64,000 nucleotides of DNA from a virus. The position numbers and the translations under genes are program-made. The notes beneath the pieces were generated by a model, which saw only the letters and a list, made by a program, of their open reading frames with translations, was not told the origin of the DNA and searched no databases. The stretch lies in IMG/VR virus record IMGVR_UViG_3300045988_105796; one strand, written 5' to 3'. Each line of letters starts with the position of its first letter. The first letter of the stretch is position 1. Shown piece after piece: positions 9,587 through 19,951 of this stretch.

Positions 9587-9781
9587 TTACCTAGCTCTCT
9601 GATAGATATCGTTATTCTTATCTACAGCAAATAAACCTAATCTTTCTATTTCAGGATTATTTACAATAGTACTAACGGCAACACAGTGTTCTACACCTTT
9701 ATACCTAAAAGTTTTAACCACTGTCCATGATTTTCTGCAACCTTTTAACTTAAAAGTTTTTCCTTTGTGAAATATTCTCAT
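9587..9781 (-). CDS. Hypothetical protein
   Basis: 64-aa ORF, tightly packed. Confidence 0.5.
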   Translation of the reverse strand: MRIFHKGKTFKLKGCRKSWTVVKTFRYKGVEHCVAVSTIVNNPEIERLGLFAVDKNNDIYQRAR

Positions 9782-9999
9782 TTCTGTAATTCTTTGATTT
9801 GTTTACGTACTATCTTCCTTAAGTCCTTAAGATCTGATAAGGTTAGGTTATTTATAACTAAACCCACGTTATTATGAGAGAATTTTATCTCTACAGATTT
9901 AACTCTTGCCTCCTGTTTATTATCATTAAACAAAAGTTTAGTAGGTTCCCTTTGAATAACCGAAGTTATTTTGTAATATTTTAATTTAGATATCTCCAT
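9778..9999 (-). CDS. Hypothetical protein
   Basis: 73-aa ORF overlapping its neighbours. Confidence 0.5.
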   Translation of the reverse strand: MEISKLKYYKITSVIQREPTKLLFNDNKQEARVKSVEIKFSHNNVGLVINNLTLSDLKDLRKIVRKQIKELQK

Positions 10000-11425
10000 G
10001 TTCTAATTCTTTAGCTCTTTTAGGATCAGCATTAGGATTCTTATTAGATTTATTAAACGCTTCATCTAATTTATCTCCATATACTTCATCATATTTTTTA
10101 CGTTGTTCTATAGTAAATTCCTTAGCTTTTTGTTTCTCTATATCTACATGAAATAAAGCTCTTCCACTTGGTTTACCATCTCTCTGTACCACTAGCTCAA
10201 GTCTTTGGATGTTATCTTTATCCTCTTGATCTGTTGCATTAAGACCATATATAACCTGAACATGTCTTACTATATCTACGCATTTAGCAATATCATTTTC
10301 ATCATATCTAGTAGTTCTATGTTTCTTTCCCTCTCTAGTTATATGGTTTGCAGTCCAAACCATATCTAGATCTTCAGCTTCAGCCATATTTTGAATATCT
10401 ATAAATACATTAGATATTCTATCAAAATCTTCTCTATCTCCTTGAGTAGAAGCTAACTTAGCTGCATAGTCTATAATAACTACCTTGATATTGATACCTT
10501 GTTCTGCTAGTTTATGTATAAGGTTAGAAATATAATTACAGTTAGTTGCCATTGCAGGAACTCTCTCTATAACCATTTCTACTCCTAATCTTTGTAGTTT
10601 ACGAGTATGACGGGATTCTATGGCATCGTATTCTCCAGAGTATAATTCTGACTTAGTTTTACCGATTGAAGCTTGTATTACACGATCCATGATTTGATCT
10701 TTACCATTCTCTGTATCAATATATAATACATCTTTCTTCATTCTCAAATATCCTAAGGCTAGATTAACCAAGAAGAAAGTCTTCCTTGCTTTTGGTTTAT
10801 CCAATAATACTCCTACAGAATGAGTTGGAAAACCTCCTGCGTTAGTTAATTTATTCATCTGTCTAAATGGGCAAGGTACTATAGCAGGATCATCCTGTCT
10901 CTTAAACTGTCTTTCTGCAACATCCCTTACTAAATATAAAGGAGCATCATCCTTCTTTGGTTTGGCTTTTTGAAGGATCTTATCTATCTTATGATAATAC
11001 TCTTCATATTGATGGAAGTCATTTAAGTCGAAACTATCATTGAGATTCTTCATCTCAATAAAGGTAGTAAACTGGTATACCTTTTCTTGTATATAATCCC
11101 TATCTTTTAGATGTACATTGTACAGATTATCTACTATACTAAGTATCTTAGGTACATCTTCTTTGGTTACTAGATCTACATACTCTTTACTTTCTAGTAA
11201 TTCTTTAATAACTTCCTTTAATACATTTGCAGAAGGTATTTTATTAGACTTACGTTTAAGGTATTTAACTAGAGCCTCTGCAATTATAGAGTGTTCTATC
11301 AATGTTAAATATCCCGGCTTAATTCTCTTTAATACTAACCTACCTTCTTTATCCTGGATTATAAACCTAAGGATCTCTAATTGAAAGTTAATATCAAAGG
11401 TAAATTTGAACTTTGATTTTTTCAT
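9986..11425 (-). CDS. DnaB-family / RecA-fold replicative helicase
   Basis: P-loop-like LLDKPKARKTFFL, Walker B VVIIDYAAKL, and a position next to the primase. The Walker A motif is atypical. Confidence 0.6.
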   Translation of the reverse strand: MKKSKFKFTFDINFQLEILRFIIQDKEGRLVLKRIKPGYLTLIEHSIIAEALVKYLKRKSNKIPSANVLKEVIKELLESKEYVDLVTKEDVPKILSIVDNLYNVHLKDRDYIQEKVYQFTTFIEMKNLNDSFDLNDFHQYEEYYHKIDKILQKAKPKKDDAPLYLVRDVAERQFKRQDDPAIVPCPFRQMNKLTNAGGFPTHSVGVLLDKPKARKTFFLVNLALGYLRMKKDVLYIDTENGKDQIMDRVIQASIGKTKSELYSGEYDAIESRHTRKLQRLGVEMVIERVPAMATNCNYISNLIHKLAEQGINIKVVIIDYAAKLASTQGDREDFDRISNVFIDIQNMAEAEDLDMVWTANHITREGKKHRTTRYDENDIAKCVDIVRHVQVIYGLNATDQEDKDNIQRLELVVQRDGKPSGRALFHVDIEKQKAKEFTIEQRKKYDEVYGDKLDEAFNKSNKNPNADPKRAKELEHGDI

Positions 11426-11444
11426 TGTCTAGATATAAAGGTGA

Positions 11445-11771
11445 TTAATCATATTTCTCTATTACAGCTGAATTACCACAATAAATTTGTCCTCCATTGC
11501 AAACTTTCGTATGTTTATCAACATAATAAATGCTATAGAGAAATTTTTTCTGTTCACAATCATATTTGATGGATTTAATTACTCCATAAACGACGGTTTT
11601 TTCATCATTTCTCTTCCTTGTAACTGACACGTAATCTCCTACTTTAAAAGGACAATAATGTGAAACCAATTCACTTACAATAGATTTCTTCTCCTCATAT
11701 AGTTCAGAAATCTTTCGTTCTACACTACGTAGCTTTTCTACTATTGTAGTTTCAAGTTCTTCTTTTCTCAT
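11445..11771 (-). CDS. Hypothetical protein
   Basis: 108-aa ORF, first gene of the leftward replication operon. Confidence 0.6.
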   Translation of the reverse strand: MRKEELETTIVEKLRSVERKISELYEEKKSIVSELVSHYCPFKVGDYVSVTRKRNDEKTVVYGVIKSIKYDCEQKKFLYSIYYVDKHTKVCNGGQIYCGNSAVIEKYD

Positions 11772-11886
11772 TTTCTTGTAGCTGTTTTATTTATGTATTA
11801 TAATAGAAATTATAGAAACCAGTATCTTAACTATCTAGAACCACTGACTAATCCTCAGCTCTATGGTTAAATTTCTGAGTATTTAT

Positions 11887-11920
11887 TTGCATATTATATA
11901 TAAAATAATTATATTTGCAA
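11887..11920 (+). promoter_or_regulatory. Bacteroidota-type sigma-A promoter cassette
   Basis: TTGCATATTATATATAAAATAATTATATTTGCAA: -33 TTG, -7 TATATTTG (TAnnTTTG), G-to-G spacing 28 nt, 19 nt upstream of the ATG at 11939. Confidence 0.65.
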
Positions 11921-11938
11921 ACATATTATAAATAATTA

Positions 11939-12598
11939 ATGAGTATGAATAAAATTATTAGCGACGGTTCAGAAATACATCGTCTTAAACCTATGCAAAA
12001 AGGTTATGATGTTGAACTTTTTGATAAACTTTTCAAATTAGTTCAACCGGTAATTAGGAATTTAGTAAGAGGAATTGATATTAGAAGGTTTAATATTACT
12101 ACTGATATCCTTACTTCTCAATTCTATGATAAGATGTTATTCGTTTTTAATAAATATTATGGTACAGTAGATGAAGAACATCTTAAAGCTAATATACTAA
12201 GAGCTTTATCCACTTATAAAAATCATTTATTAAAATATGCCTACAGTGATAAAGCTTCTTTCAATCAAAGTTTAAGATCTTTCGAAGATTTATTTGATGA
12301 TAGTAAAGAGGATTTCTCAGATGAAGATGATTCTACTAAAGTTAAAAATGATATGTGGGATATGTTAAATACCTATATGGATAATCATCTATCTTTAGAC
12401 GCTAAATTAGTATGGGAGATGACAGTATCTCCTACTCCCTTTATAGAAGCCAATGCTAAGTTCGGTAGGATTACCAATAGTTTATTAGTAGAATTCTTTA
12501 ATCTACCTAAAAATAGAACTTCAGTTAGGTATATAGGAGAATTAAGAGAAGAAATATCTCAGACACTAGAACAAGCTAAAAAGGATTTAAGATATTAA
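11939..12598 (+). CDS. Sigma-70/ECF-like transcription factor candidate
   Basis: Region-2-like helices (ELFDKLFKLVQPVIRNLVRG...DILTSQFYDKMLFVF) and a C-terminal HTH-like segment. It is an isolated plus-strand gene between the replication and late modules. Confidence 0.4.
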   Translation: MSMNKIISDGSEIHRLKPMQKGYDVELFDKLFKLVQPVIRNLVRGIDIRRFNITTDILTSQFYDKMLFVFNKYYGTVDEEHLKANILRALSTYKNHLLKYAYSDKASFNQSLRSFEDLFDDSKEDFSDEDDSTKVKNDMWDMLNTYMDNHLSLDAKLVWEMTVSPTPFIEANAKFGRITNSLLVEFFNLPKNRTSVRYIGELREEISQTLEQAKKDLRY

Positions 12599-12608
12599 AC
12601 ACAATAAA

Positions 12609-12636
12609 GGGAGGATCCTATTGCTAAGATCCTCCC
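12609..12636. terminator. Hairpin between convergent genes (probable bidirectional terminator)
   Basis: Perfect 9-bp stem GGGAGGATC / GATCCTCCC. Confidence 0.5.
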
Positions 12637-12663
12637 AATCAACCTAAACTAAAAACAATCAAA

Positions 12664-14106
12664 TCAGACAGAAGCCTTTTTTCTAATATATCTTAATGTA
12701 ATTGCTGGAGGCAATTTAGATAATACCAAGTAATCATTTGGAGTTTCAGAATTATAATCAGATTTTTCGGTTAAATTAGCTGAAGTAATTACTGTACCTT
12801 TTTGTATACCTCTCACTGGGTTATAAGCTATATCTAAGGCCTCACCATTAATATTTTGATTCCTATCTATATAGTTACAAGGCATCAGACTATAAACCTT
12901 CATATCATTATCTTGTCTACCAGCTGCTAATCCTACACCATGATAATGTTTTGGCAGATCCTTACCATTGATTTTTATAGACCAGGTACCATAAGTTTCA
13001 TCTGGGTTATATATAGAACCTACTGTAGTAAGTTCCTGAGTATTACCTAATGGGGTATCTATTCTAATACCTCCTTCTGTATATCCTACTACTATACGAC
13101 CCTTAGCCTTAGAATACTCTTCCCAACCAACGGGTATATTTTCACCTTCAAATAGTATGATAGAACCTGGGGCTAATATTGCTCCATCTATCAAAGTTTT
13201 TATACCTTTAATTTTCTGATTTACTAAATATTCTACATATTCAGCCAAACTCTTAAAGGGTTTACCAGAATCATTTAGTTGACTGTCTACTTCTGAATAA
13301 CCTACGAAATTCTCTAATCTTTGTATAGATTCTGTAAGATAACTATGTATTCTCTGGTTATAGTTTACAGTAGAAGGAAACTTACCCAGGTATGGTATAA
13401 GAGCAAAGTTTTCTTTCTTGTTATTGTCTAAAGAATTAAATCCTTCTCCATATACTCCTAAGAACACCATATTTTTCTGGTTCTTACGATAAGTTTCGCA
13501 AATAGATTCTACCTTATCGATTAAACCCTTATAAGTGATTTTACCATTATAAGCAGGGTCATTATCTTTTGCAATGGTAGCTTTTCTTAAATCTCTAGCA
13601 ATAGGATAGTAATTATCTAAAGATTTTTTATATAAGTCATAAAAATTAAAACTAGAGCTATTCCAAAATGCCCTGATGATAGGTTGGTTCTGTACTGCCT
13701 CTTCTACATAATTGTGTTCTGCAAATAATAGAACCTCTTTAGTTTCTCTACTATTAACTCCTTCAATCTCTAAATGTAAAACTTGATCTCCGGATCTATA
13801 GAGTATACCATCCTTATTAATGAAACAGAAGTTAACATTGTAATCAGAAGGATCTGCATCTTCTCTACATGAAAGGCGATGACTGAATATAGTATCTCTT
13901 ATCTGATATCTTAGAGGATCATAAGAATCTGTATTTGCAGATCCTTCATCTCCATATCCATAAGGATAGATATCTAAACTACTACCATTAATAGTAGCAG
14001 AACCAAATCCACAAATAGGACCTGGTCCTGGTATAAGACCTATGGCTTCTGATATCTCTTTAGAAGAGATTCTACTACCATAATTAAAATACACTTTGTT
14101 GTTCAT
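12664..14106 (-). CDS. Tail fiber / receptor-binding protein with a phage tail-collar domain
   Basis: PGSIILFEGENIPVGWEEY matches the tail-collar motif. It is the last gene of the baseplate operon. Confidence 0.65.
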   Translation of the reverse strand: MNNKVYFNYGSRISSKEISEAIGLIPGPGPICGFGSATINGSSLDIYPYGYGDEGSANTDSYDPLRYQIRDTIFSHRLSCREDADPSDYNVNFCFINKDGILYRSGDQVLHLEIEGVNSRETKEVLLFAEHNYVEEAVQNQPIIRAFWNSSSFNFYDLYKKSLDNYYPIARDLRKATIAKDNDPAYNGKITYKGLIDKVESICETYRKNQKNMVFLGVYGEGFNSLDNNKKENFALIPYLGKFPSTVNYNQRIHSYLTESIQRLENFVGYSEVDSQLNDSGKPFKSLAEYVEYLVNQKIKGIKTLIDGAILAPGSIILFEGENIPVGWEEYSKAKGRIVVGYTEGGIRIDTPLGNTQELTTVGSIYNPDETYGTWSIKINGKDLPKHYHGVGLAAGRQDNDMKVYSLMPCNYIDRNQNINGEALDIAYNPVRGIQKGTVITSANLTEKSDYNSETPNDYLVLSKLPPAITLRYIRKKASV

Positions 14107-14108
14107 AA

Positions 14109-14618
14109 TTATTTCTTTAATTTTTCAGTTTCTATCTGTTCTGCCATACTACTAAAGATGGACTGTAAACTCTTAAACCGCATAGTAATCAGTAAGATTA
14201 AGATCCTCCAGATACTTATCCGGTTTTTAACACCATGTAATACACATATATGACCGTATATGGAATCTATTTCAAAGCCATAGCATAGTACCATAACTAT
14301 AGAAGCTATTATCATAGGGTTAAAGCCAAAGGGAGAACCCAAAGCTTTACCTAAAAAAGCTCCCATTAGTATATACAATATATAATCTATGAACTTATTG
14401 ATAGTTCTCCTACAGGCTCTAGATTTCCTAATAGGAATACCCAGGTATTTACTCTCTCTTGTACCAAACCAAAAGTCTCCTATAACTAACACGAAAGCCA
14501 GTAATATCATCCATCTGAAGTCATATAATAAGTTGATGAATTCTAACCCCATTGGAAAGGTTATTACTCTACGACCAGTGTCAGAATTTATGAATCCTGA
14601 TATTTCTCTATTGACCAT
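14109..14618 (-). CDS. Holin-family membrane protein (LL-H / family-4-like)
   Basis: About 4 TM helices. IGDFWFGTRESKYLG...RKS...INKF and EIDSIYGHICVLHG resemble holin family signatures. Confidence 0.45.
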   Translation of the reverse strand: MVNREISGFINSDTGRRVITFPMGLEFINLLYDFRWMILLAFVLVIGDFWFGTRESKYLGIPIRKSRACRRTINKFIDYILYILMGAFLGKALGSPFGFNPMIIASIVMVLCYGFEIDSIYGHICVLHGVKNRISIWRILILLITMRFKSLQSIFSSMAEQIETEKLKK

Positions 14619-17128
14619 GTTAAATTATCATTACCCATTGTATCAATTAATAAAGGTTTCTCAGACTTATCCAATAAACCAAACTCGTTAGTTACCCATG
14701 TTATGTAAGGAGGTAATATAGTTACATGTAACCAATTTAACTTAGCTACTAAAGTTCTACCATCCTTTAGATTAGCCTTAAAAGTAGTTACACCCTCTAC
14801 AGTTAATACCTTACCCAGATCTACCTTTTCAGTTATATTTTTACCATCCATACGAACAGTTTCCATAATAACCTCTTCACTAGAATCTTGTACGGTATTA
14901 CCCTGATCATCTACTAACCTTAGTATGAAAGGTTCCGTGACTGGACTACTTCTGGTAAAAGTAATACCAAAAGTATTAGCATCAGGCCTATTCTTACCCG
15001 TCCAATAATCACTAGACTTCTTTCCTATTGGAGTAATCTCTAGATAACTTATATGAGGTTTAGTACTACGATTATCTATTACATACCATTTGAAAGAAGC
15101 TTCATCTGTGAATGGAGATTGAATATAGAATAATCCAGCTATATTAGTAGTGATCCTTAATCTAAATTTAGTAGAAGACCCTACATCTGGGATTCTATCT
15201 ATTACAAAACCTTGTCCATCTACCTTAGGAGTTTCACCCTCTCTAGTGCCTATCTTATAAGTTTTACCATCTGGAGTAGTTACAATGTAAGATGAGTTAT
15301 CTTGGTTATTTAGGAAATCTTGAGAGTATTTATTATTACCAACGTAAGCTAATACTAATCCAGTCTGGTTAGACTGATCATCGATATAATCTCTAGTATG
15401 TAAGTTCCAATATCTTATGAACTGTACCTGTATACTCTTATCGATTATTTCTAAAGAAGCTGATTTATTTAAGTCTGGATTACCTTGATCTACACTAAAA
15501 ATGTAGTTATCCATAGATAATGGCTTCCAGGTATCTCCATTCTTTAAGTGAATGTTAGTACCTTTTATAGTAACCGTTAGATTATCTGGAACTGGTTGAC
15601 TGTTCAATGATTCAATATATATCTTTACCTGGGCATCCTTTAACAAATCTATCTGAGTATCCATTACTACTTTAGATAACTTATCTTCCAGTTTATCTAT
15701 AGTAGTTTCACTAGGATGAGTATTACTGTAATAGGTTCTTTTTACATATTTATATCCTAATAATACTTTATATCCAGGCTTTCTGTTAGCAATTACTGCT
15801 TCTACAATTTTAGAAGGATCCTCTTCTATATGAAATTTATAGGTTCCTCCTGCTGTGATATCCCAGGTAGTTATAAATTGATTAGTGCTTTGAGATTCCT
15901 TTATTTCTCCTGAAGCCTCGAAAACTACATGTACAGGTAACTTATTATTACCATCTACTTTATAAGCTTCTATTGGAACAGTTATAGGATTTTCTCCATC
16001 ATATACCTTACCATATTCTCCTATTTTAATAATGTAATAGGTAATGTTCTGATATTTATCATTAGAGATAATCAATGTAAAAGCTTCATTAGGATCATCT
16101 AAATAAAATCTATAAGTATTAGAAACTTTCTTAACCTCTCCTACATCAGAAGGCCTGTATACTGAATTTATATTTAGATATCTTTCTCCATAATATCTAG
16201 ATTTTTCAGAAGTACCTTTTACATAATTAGGATCTTTATTAGGATCTTTACCTACAGTATATATCAAATCACCATACCAAGGAATATCTTTTACTTTCCT
16301 ATTGTAATTATCCAATAACTCAATCTTAACTCTTAAGTCTTCGTCAGGATCTAAAGATAAAGTAGTACCACTTTCTCTACGTACCCATTTACTACCATTG
16401 AAAGTATAAACGTTGAAATGGTAAGAAGTTTCATCATAATTCTTACCATTCAATAGTAACTTAGATATTACGTTAAAAGGTAAGAACCTATCAATGAAAT
16501 TTTTGATAAATTTCCAAATCTTTTTCATATCTCCTAAGTTTTCGTTTATAGTTACATTAAACTCTACTATACCCTTGAAGGATAATACTTGCTGTTCATC
16601 TAAGTGAAGATCTTCATCGAAGGTACCCATATCATAATAGGGCCATATTTTTTTAGAAGGAACATTAGTACGAGGAATAGTACCATCCCTAAAATCATTA
16701 ATCCAGTCAGGACTTATCTGTTTGATAGATACTAATTTAAGTTCATTTTCCTCGTTATTATATAACTTGAACAGTATTTGATAAAATTTCTCAGTTCCTC
16801 TTATCTTATATAAAGATATAGCATACCTCAGTATATCAAATTTTTGTTGCGGGTATAAGTTCAATATTGAAGATGAGATTGGTTTTATAAAAGGAAATTC
16901 TCCAAACCAATACCAAATAAGATCTAGATAATAATAATCAGTATTTTCATCTACATTTAGGAGATTTTCTAGAGTATTATCAGTAGGTTCTTTAATATTT
17001 TCTAAGAAATAATTTCCACATATTTCTAAGAATTTCTCTAATATACCTTTCCCATCATTATCTTTGTAACTATCTGCCTCTTTATAATAAAAGGGCAGAT
17101 AGTTTATTAAATGTTTTAGGTCCATCAT
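14588..17128 (-). CDS. Baseplate wedge protein (P2 gpI-like N-terminus) with a long C-terminal extension
   Basis: Lies directly downstream of the gpJ-like gene. The N-terminus reads LPFYYKEADSYKDNDGKGILEKFLEICG. Confidence 0.55.
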   Translation of the reverse strand: MMDLKHLINYLPFYYKEADSYKDNDGKGILEKFLEICGNYFLENIKEPTDNTLENLLNVDENTDYYYLDLIWYWFGEFPFIKPISSSILNLYPQQKFDILRYAISLYKIRGTEKFYQILFKLYNNEENELKLVSIKQISPDWINDFRDGTIPRTNVPSKKIWPYYDMGTFDEDLHLDEQQVLSFKGIVEFNVTINENLGDMKKIWKFIKNFIDRFLPFNVISKLLLNGKNYDETSYHFNVYTFNGSKWVRRESGTTLSLDPDEDLRVKIELLDNYNRKVKDIPWYGDLIYTVGKDPNKDPNYVKGTSEKSRYYGERYLNINSVYRPSDVGEVKKVSNTYRFYLDDPNEAFTLIISNDKYQNITYYIIKIGEYGKVYDGENPITVPIEAYKVDGNNKLPVHVVFEASGEIKESQSTNQFITTWDITAGGTYKFHIEEDPSKIVEAVIANRKPGYKVLLGYKYVKRTYYSNTHPSETTIDKLEDKLSKVVMDTQIDLLKDAQVKIYIESLNSQPVPDNLTVTIKGTNIHLKNGDTWKPLSMDNYIFSVDQGNPDLNKSASLEIIDKSIQVQFIRYWNLHTRDYIDDQSNQTGLVLAYVGNNKYSQDFLNNQDNSSYIVTTPDGKTYKIGTREGETPKVDGQGFVIDRIPDVGSSTKFRLRITTNIAGLFYIQSPFTDEASFKWYVIDNRSTKPHISYLEITPIGKKSSDYWTGKNRPDANTFGITFTRSSPVTEPFILRLVDDQGNTVQDSSEEVIMETVRMDGKNITEKVDLGKVLTVEGVTTFKANLKDGRTLVAKLNWLHVTILPPYITWVTNEFGLLDKSEKPLLIDTMGNDNLTWSIEKYQDS

Positions 17129-18831
17129 ACAGTTTCATGTATTGAAGTTTTCAATAGAGTAGGATCATCAAATATAATTTGATTAAATCCTTCTTCATTA
17201 TAATCTGAATTAATCGTAGGTATTATAATTTGATATCTACTACCAGGATTATAACTTCCTACGATAGCCATAGAGAATTTAACTCCATTGATGGTATCAT
17301 CTATGAAGATATTGTTAGAGATCTCCTTATCAGTACTAAAACCTCCTTCAGAAGAACGGATGTTAAAAGTATTATTTTGCCCTATAGTTATAATATACTC
17401 AGTAGGAGATTTAACCTCTTCTATATCATTTATTTTAAGATCCAGCTGAGTGTCTCCGTTTATAATCTTTGGCCAAGGAGATACATAGAATTTAGTTATA
17501 TGTAAATAATCTACTGAAGGTAAATTATCTATCAAAGCATATATATCGGATATTCTAACACTACCTCCTAAATGAACATTATTACCAGAATATTTATCTA
17601 ATAAAGCCTGTAATGTCTGTTGATATATCTGGCTATCTTTATATGAAGGTTTACCTGTAATATCTACTACCAAATGTATTTTAGATACTCCAGCTGGATA
17701 TACTTTTATGGTATTAGCTAACATATTCTTACTAGCCAAAGTAGCAGATACCTTATCTAATAGAATATTAGAAACTGGAGTATTACCTTCTATAGGAGAT
17801 ATATATACATTTAGAGCTTTGCCTTGGATTTCCTCTAAAGCAGCTTCTTTTACACCTGGTACTAATCTAACTACATCTAATACATCGTTTCTAGTTACTA
17901 ACATATTCATAGTTCTAGCTTGCATAGCTGCATGAGATCTTAACATTTCGATATCTTCATAATCAAAACCATCTCCAGATGAATAAGGATTATTACATGT
18001 AGCACTAGGTACTAAACTACTTATTACAGAAGGTACGTTTACTATAGAGTTTTTAGTTATATTACCTGCAGAACCTTTGGTTATATAAAAGCTTAAGGTA
18101 ATTTTCTGGTTAGGATCAGGTTTCTTACCAAACTTACCATCTCCAAATACAAGTATAGGATTATCAGCCTCATCAGAAGTAACCATAAAATGTTTATCTG
18201 TAGGACTACTATAAGCAAAAGTTTCTACCTGAATCCAGTTATCTGTACCTAATTGTAATTGTACTCCATTGTGTTCAATCTTATTATCTCCAAGATTATT
18301 GTCTAAACCTATTGGACCTGTTTTATATAGGCTACCGTTCAAAGATGAAGTAGTATACAATTCATGTTGGACCAAAGGTATTTTAATAGAAGCATTATTA
18401 TTATCCCACTGAATATCTTTATCAGTCTGCCAATTGTTTCCTAAGGTATCTTTGAATACAGTACCTTTAGGTATTTTAATCTTAGCACCTGAGTTTGCTC
18501 CTTCTAAATCTCTAGTAACTATAACATCTACTGTAGCAGCATTAGCTAACCGAGGATGGTAATCTACCAATAGACTGTGTCTGACTACACTACTATATCT
18601 ACGAGCTGTAGTCAAGAAGGTCTCTCTAGCCATATTATCTATGTAGTAGTGTAATACTTCAGCTATAGCTGCAAATAAAGAGATCAGGATAATAAAGATG
18701 TTACCCTCAGAAACATCTGTAATTAATTGTCTACCATCCTTATCCTTAAAACTCTGTAGAGCCTCTATCATATCTGCTCTGATATTCTGAAAGGATCTAC
18801 TTAAAGGGTTTGTCCATTTGTTTGTTAACAT
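17125..18831 (-). CDS. Baseplate J-like protein (P2 gpJ / T4 gp6 family)
   Basis: Size and position fit: it lies between the gp25-like and gpI-like genes. Confidence 0.6.
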   Translation of the reverse strand: MLTNKWTNPLSRSFQNIRADMIEALQSFKDKDGRQLITDVSEGNIFIILISLFAAIAEVLHYYIDNMARETFLTTARRYSSVVRHSLLVDYHPRLANAATVDVIVTRDLEGANSGAKIKIPKGTVFKDTLGNNWQTDKDIQWDNNNASIKIPLVQHELYTTSSLNGSLYKTGPIGLDNNLGDNKIEHNGVQLQLGTDNWIQVETFAYSSPTDKHFMVTSDEADNPILVFGDGKFGKKPDPNQKITLSFYITKGSAGNITKNSIVNVPSVISSLVPSATCNNPYSSGDGFDYEDIEMLRSHAAMQARTMNMLVTRNDVLDVVRLVPGVKEAALEEIQGKALNVYISPIEGNTPVSNILLDKVSATLASKNMLANTIKVYPAGVSKIHLVVDITGKPSYKDSQIYQQTLQALLDKYSGNNVHLGGSVRISDIYALIDNLPSVDYLHITKFYVSPWPKIINGDTQLDLKINDIEEVKSPTEYIITIGQNNTFNIRSSEGGFSTDKEISNNIFIDDTINGVKFSMAIVGSYNPGSRYQIIIPTINSDYNEEGFNQIIFDDPTLLKTSIHETV

Positions 18832-18838
18832 ATTTATT

Positions 18839-19228
18839 TTAGTTTAAGTTATAATTTATTAATATGGAACTATCTGTATTGGTAGAGATTAAATGATACT
18901 CTATATGTATAGCTAGCTTATAATCTTCTCTGACTGTAGTAATGTTATTTAGGGTTATCCTATTCTCATAACGTGATATAGCCTCGATTACAAATCTTTG
19001 TATCATATAATTTAGAGCTAAAGTATTTGGTTCTTCTAAACATTGAGTTAATCGGTTACCAAAATCTTCTTGTCTAAATCTAAACCCTACTTCATATAGT
19101 AAGATAGCTCTTAAATTTTCCTCTATTAACTTTGGATCCTCTACCTGGGGATACCATCCAGTTTCTCCTTTGGAGTTCTTCTCTAATTTTATAGGGAATA
19201 AAGCTCCGGTTCCTATGTTATTGTTCAT
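18839..19228 (-). CDS. Baseplate wedge protein, gp25 / gpW family
   Basis: GTGALFPIKL...ENLRAILLYEVGFRFRQEDFGNRL...EAISRYENRI matches the GPW_gp25 pattern. Confidence 0.75.
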   Translation of the reverse strand: MNNNIGTGALFPIKLEKNSKGETGWYPQVEDPKLIEENLRAILLYEVGFRFRQEDFGNRLTQCLEEPNTLALNYMIQRFVIEAISRYENRITLNNITTVREDYKLAIHIEYHLISTNTDSSILINYNLN

Positions 19229-19947
19229 TAGTGTAAAAAAGCTTTATCTGCATAATCTTCTTTATTAAAAGATGATATTGGTTTCGCTGCTTGATTAACT
19301 GTAGGAGATGAAGTATCTGGTCCAGCCTTTACTCCTGGGTGAGTATGGCTGTTATATTTATTTCTTAACTCTTCTACTTCTCTAACCAATTTATTTAATT
19401 TATCAGTTAGACTGTTTATACTAATCAATTCTTCTTTACCATGGTTTGCCTCTATGGTATCACTAGAGTTAAGAAATATTTTATTAGCACTAATTACTAT
19501 ACCATCTTCTTCACTTTTTGCTAGAATAGATAATCTAGTAGCTGCTTCTATATGTATCTCTCCTGTTCTGTCATTTATTAGTACTTTAGTACCCTTTGGA
19601 GTTACTATACCTGATACATCTGGATCATCAAAATCTTCTGGTCTTTGGTTTTCTGCCCAACCATGATAGATCCATAGAGGATTACCTGGATTACCTTTTT
19701 CAAATAATACGTATACTACATCATTCTTCTTAGGTAATGGGAATAATCTAAAACCACTGTTTGCTGAACCATGACTACCAAAAGGGATAGCCCAGGTCAT
19801 CACGTTTACTTCAGGAACATATACTAATAACTGATCAGTATTAGAAGGATCATCTATATCAGTTACTATAGCCCTGTATATGGAGTAAAACCTACCTATA
19901 GATTCTACTCCATTGTCTACTAATTGAGATATTAAGGAATCTGCCAT
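19228..19947 (-). CDS. Baseplate central spike protein (P2 gpV / OB-fold spike)
   Basis: YRAIVTDIDDPSNTDQLLVYVPE...DVVYVLFEKGNPGNPLWI is typical of the gpV/VgrG N-domain. Confidence 0.6.
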   Translation of the reverse strand: MADSLISQLVDNGVESIGRFYSIYRAIVTDIDDPSNTDQLLVYVPEVNVMTWAIPFGSHGSANSGFRLFPLPKKNDVVYVLFEKGNPGNPLWIYHGWAENQRPEDFDDPDVSGIVTPKGTKVLINDRTGEIHIEAATRLSILAKSEEDGIVISANKIFLNSSDTIEANHGKEELISINSLTDKLNKLVREVEELRNKYNSHTHPGVKAGPDTSSPTVNQAAKPISSFNKEDYADKAFLH

Positions 19948-19951
19948 AATC

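Noticed and set aside
12664-17128. Diversity-generating retroelement targeting the tail fiber
   Set aside because: There is no reverse transcriptase in the window. No template/variable repeat pair was noticed near the fiber or baseplate C-termini.
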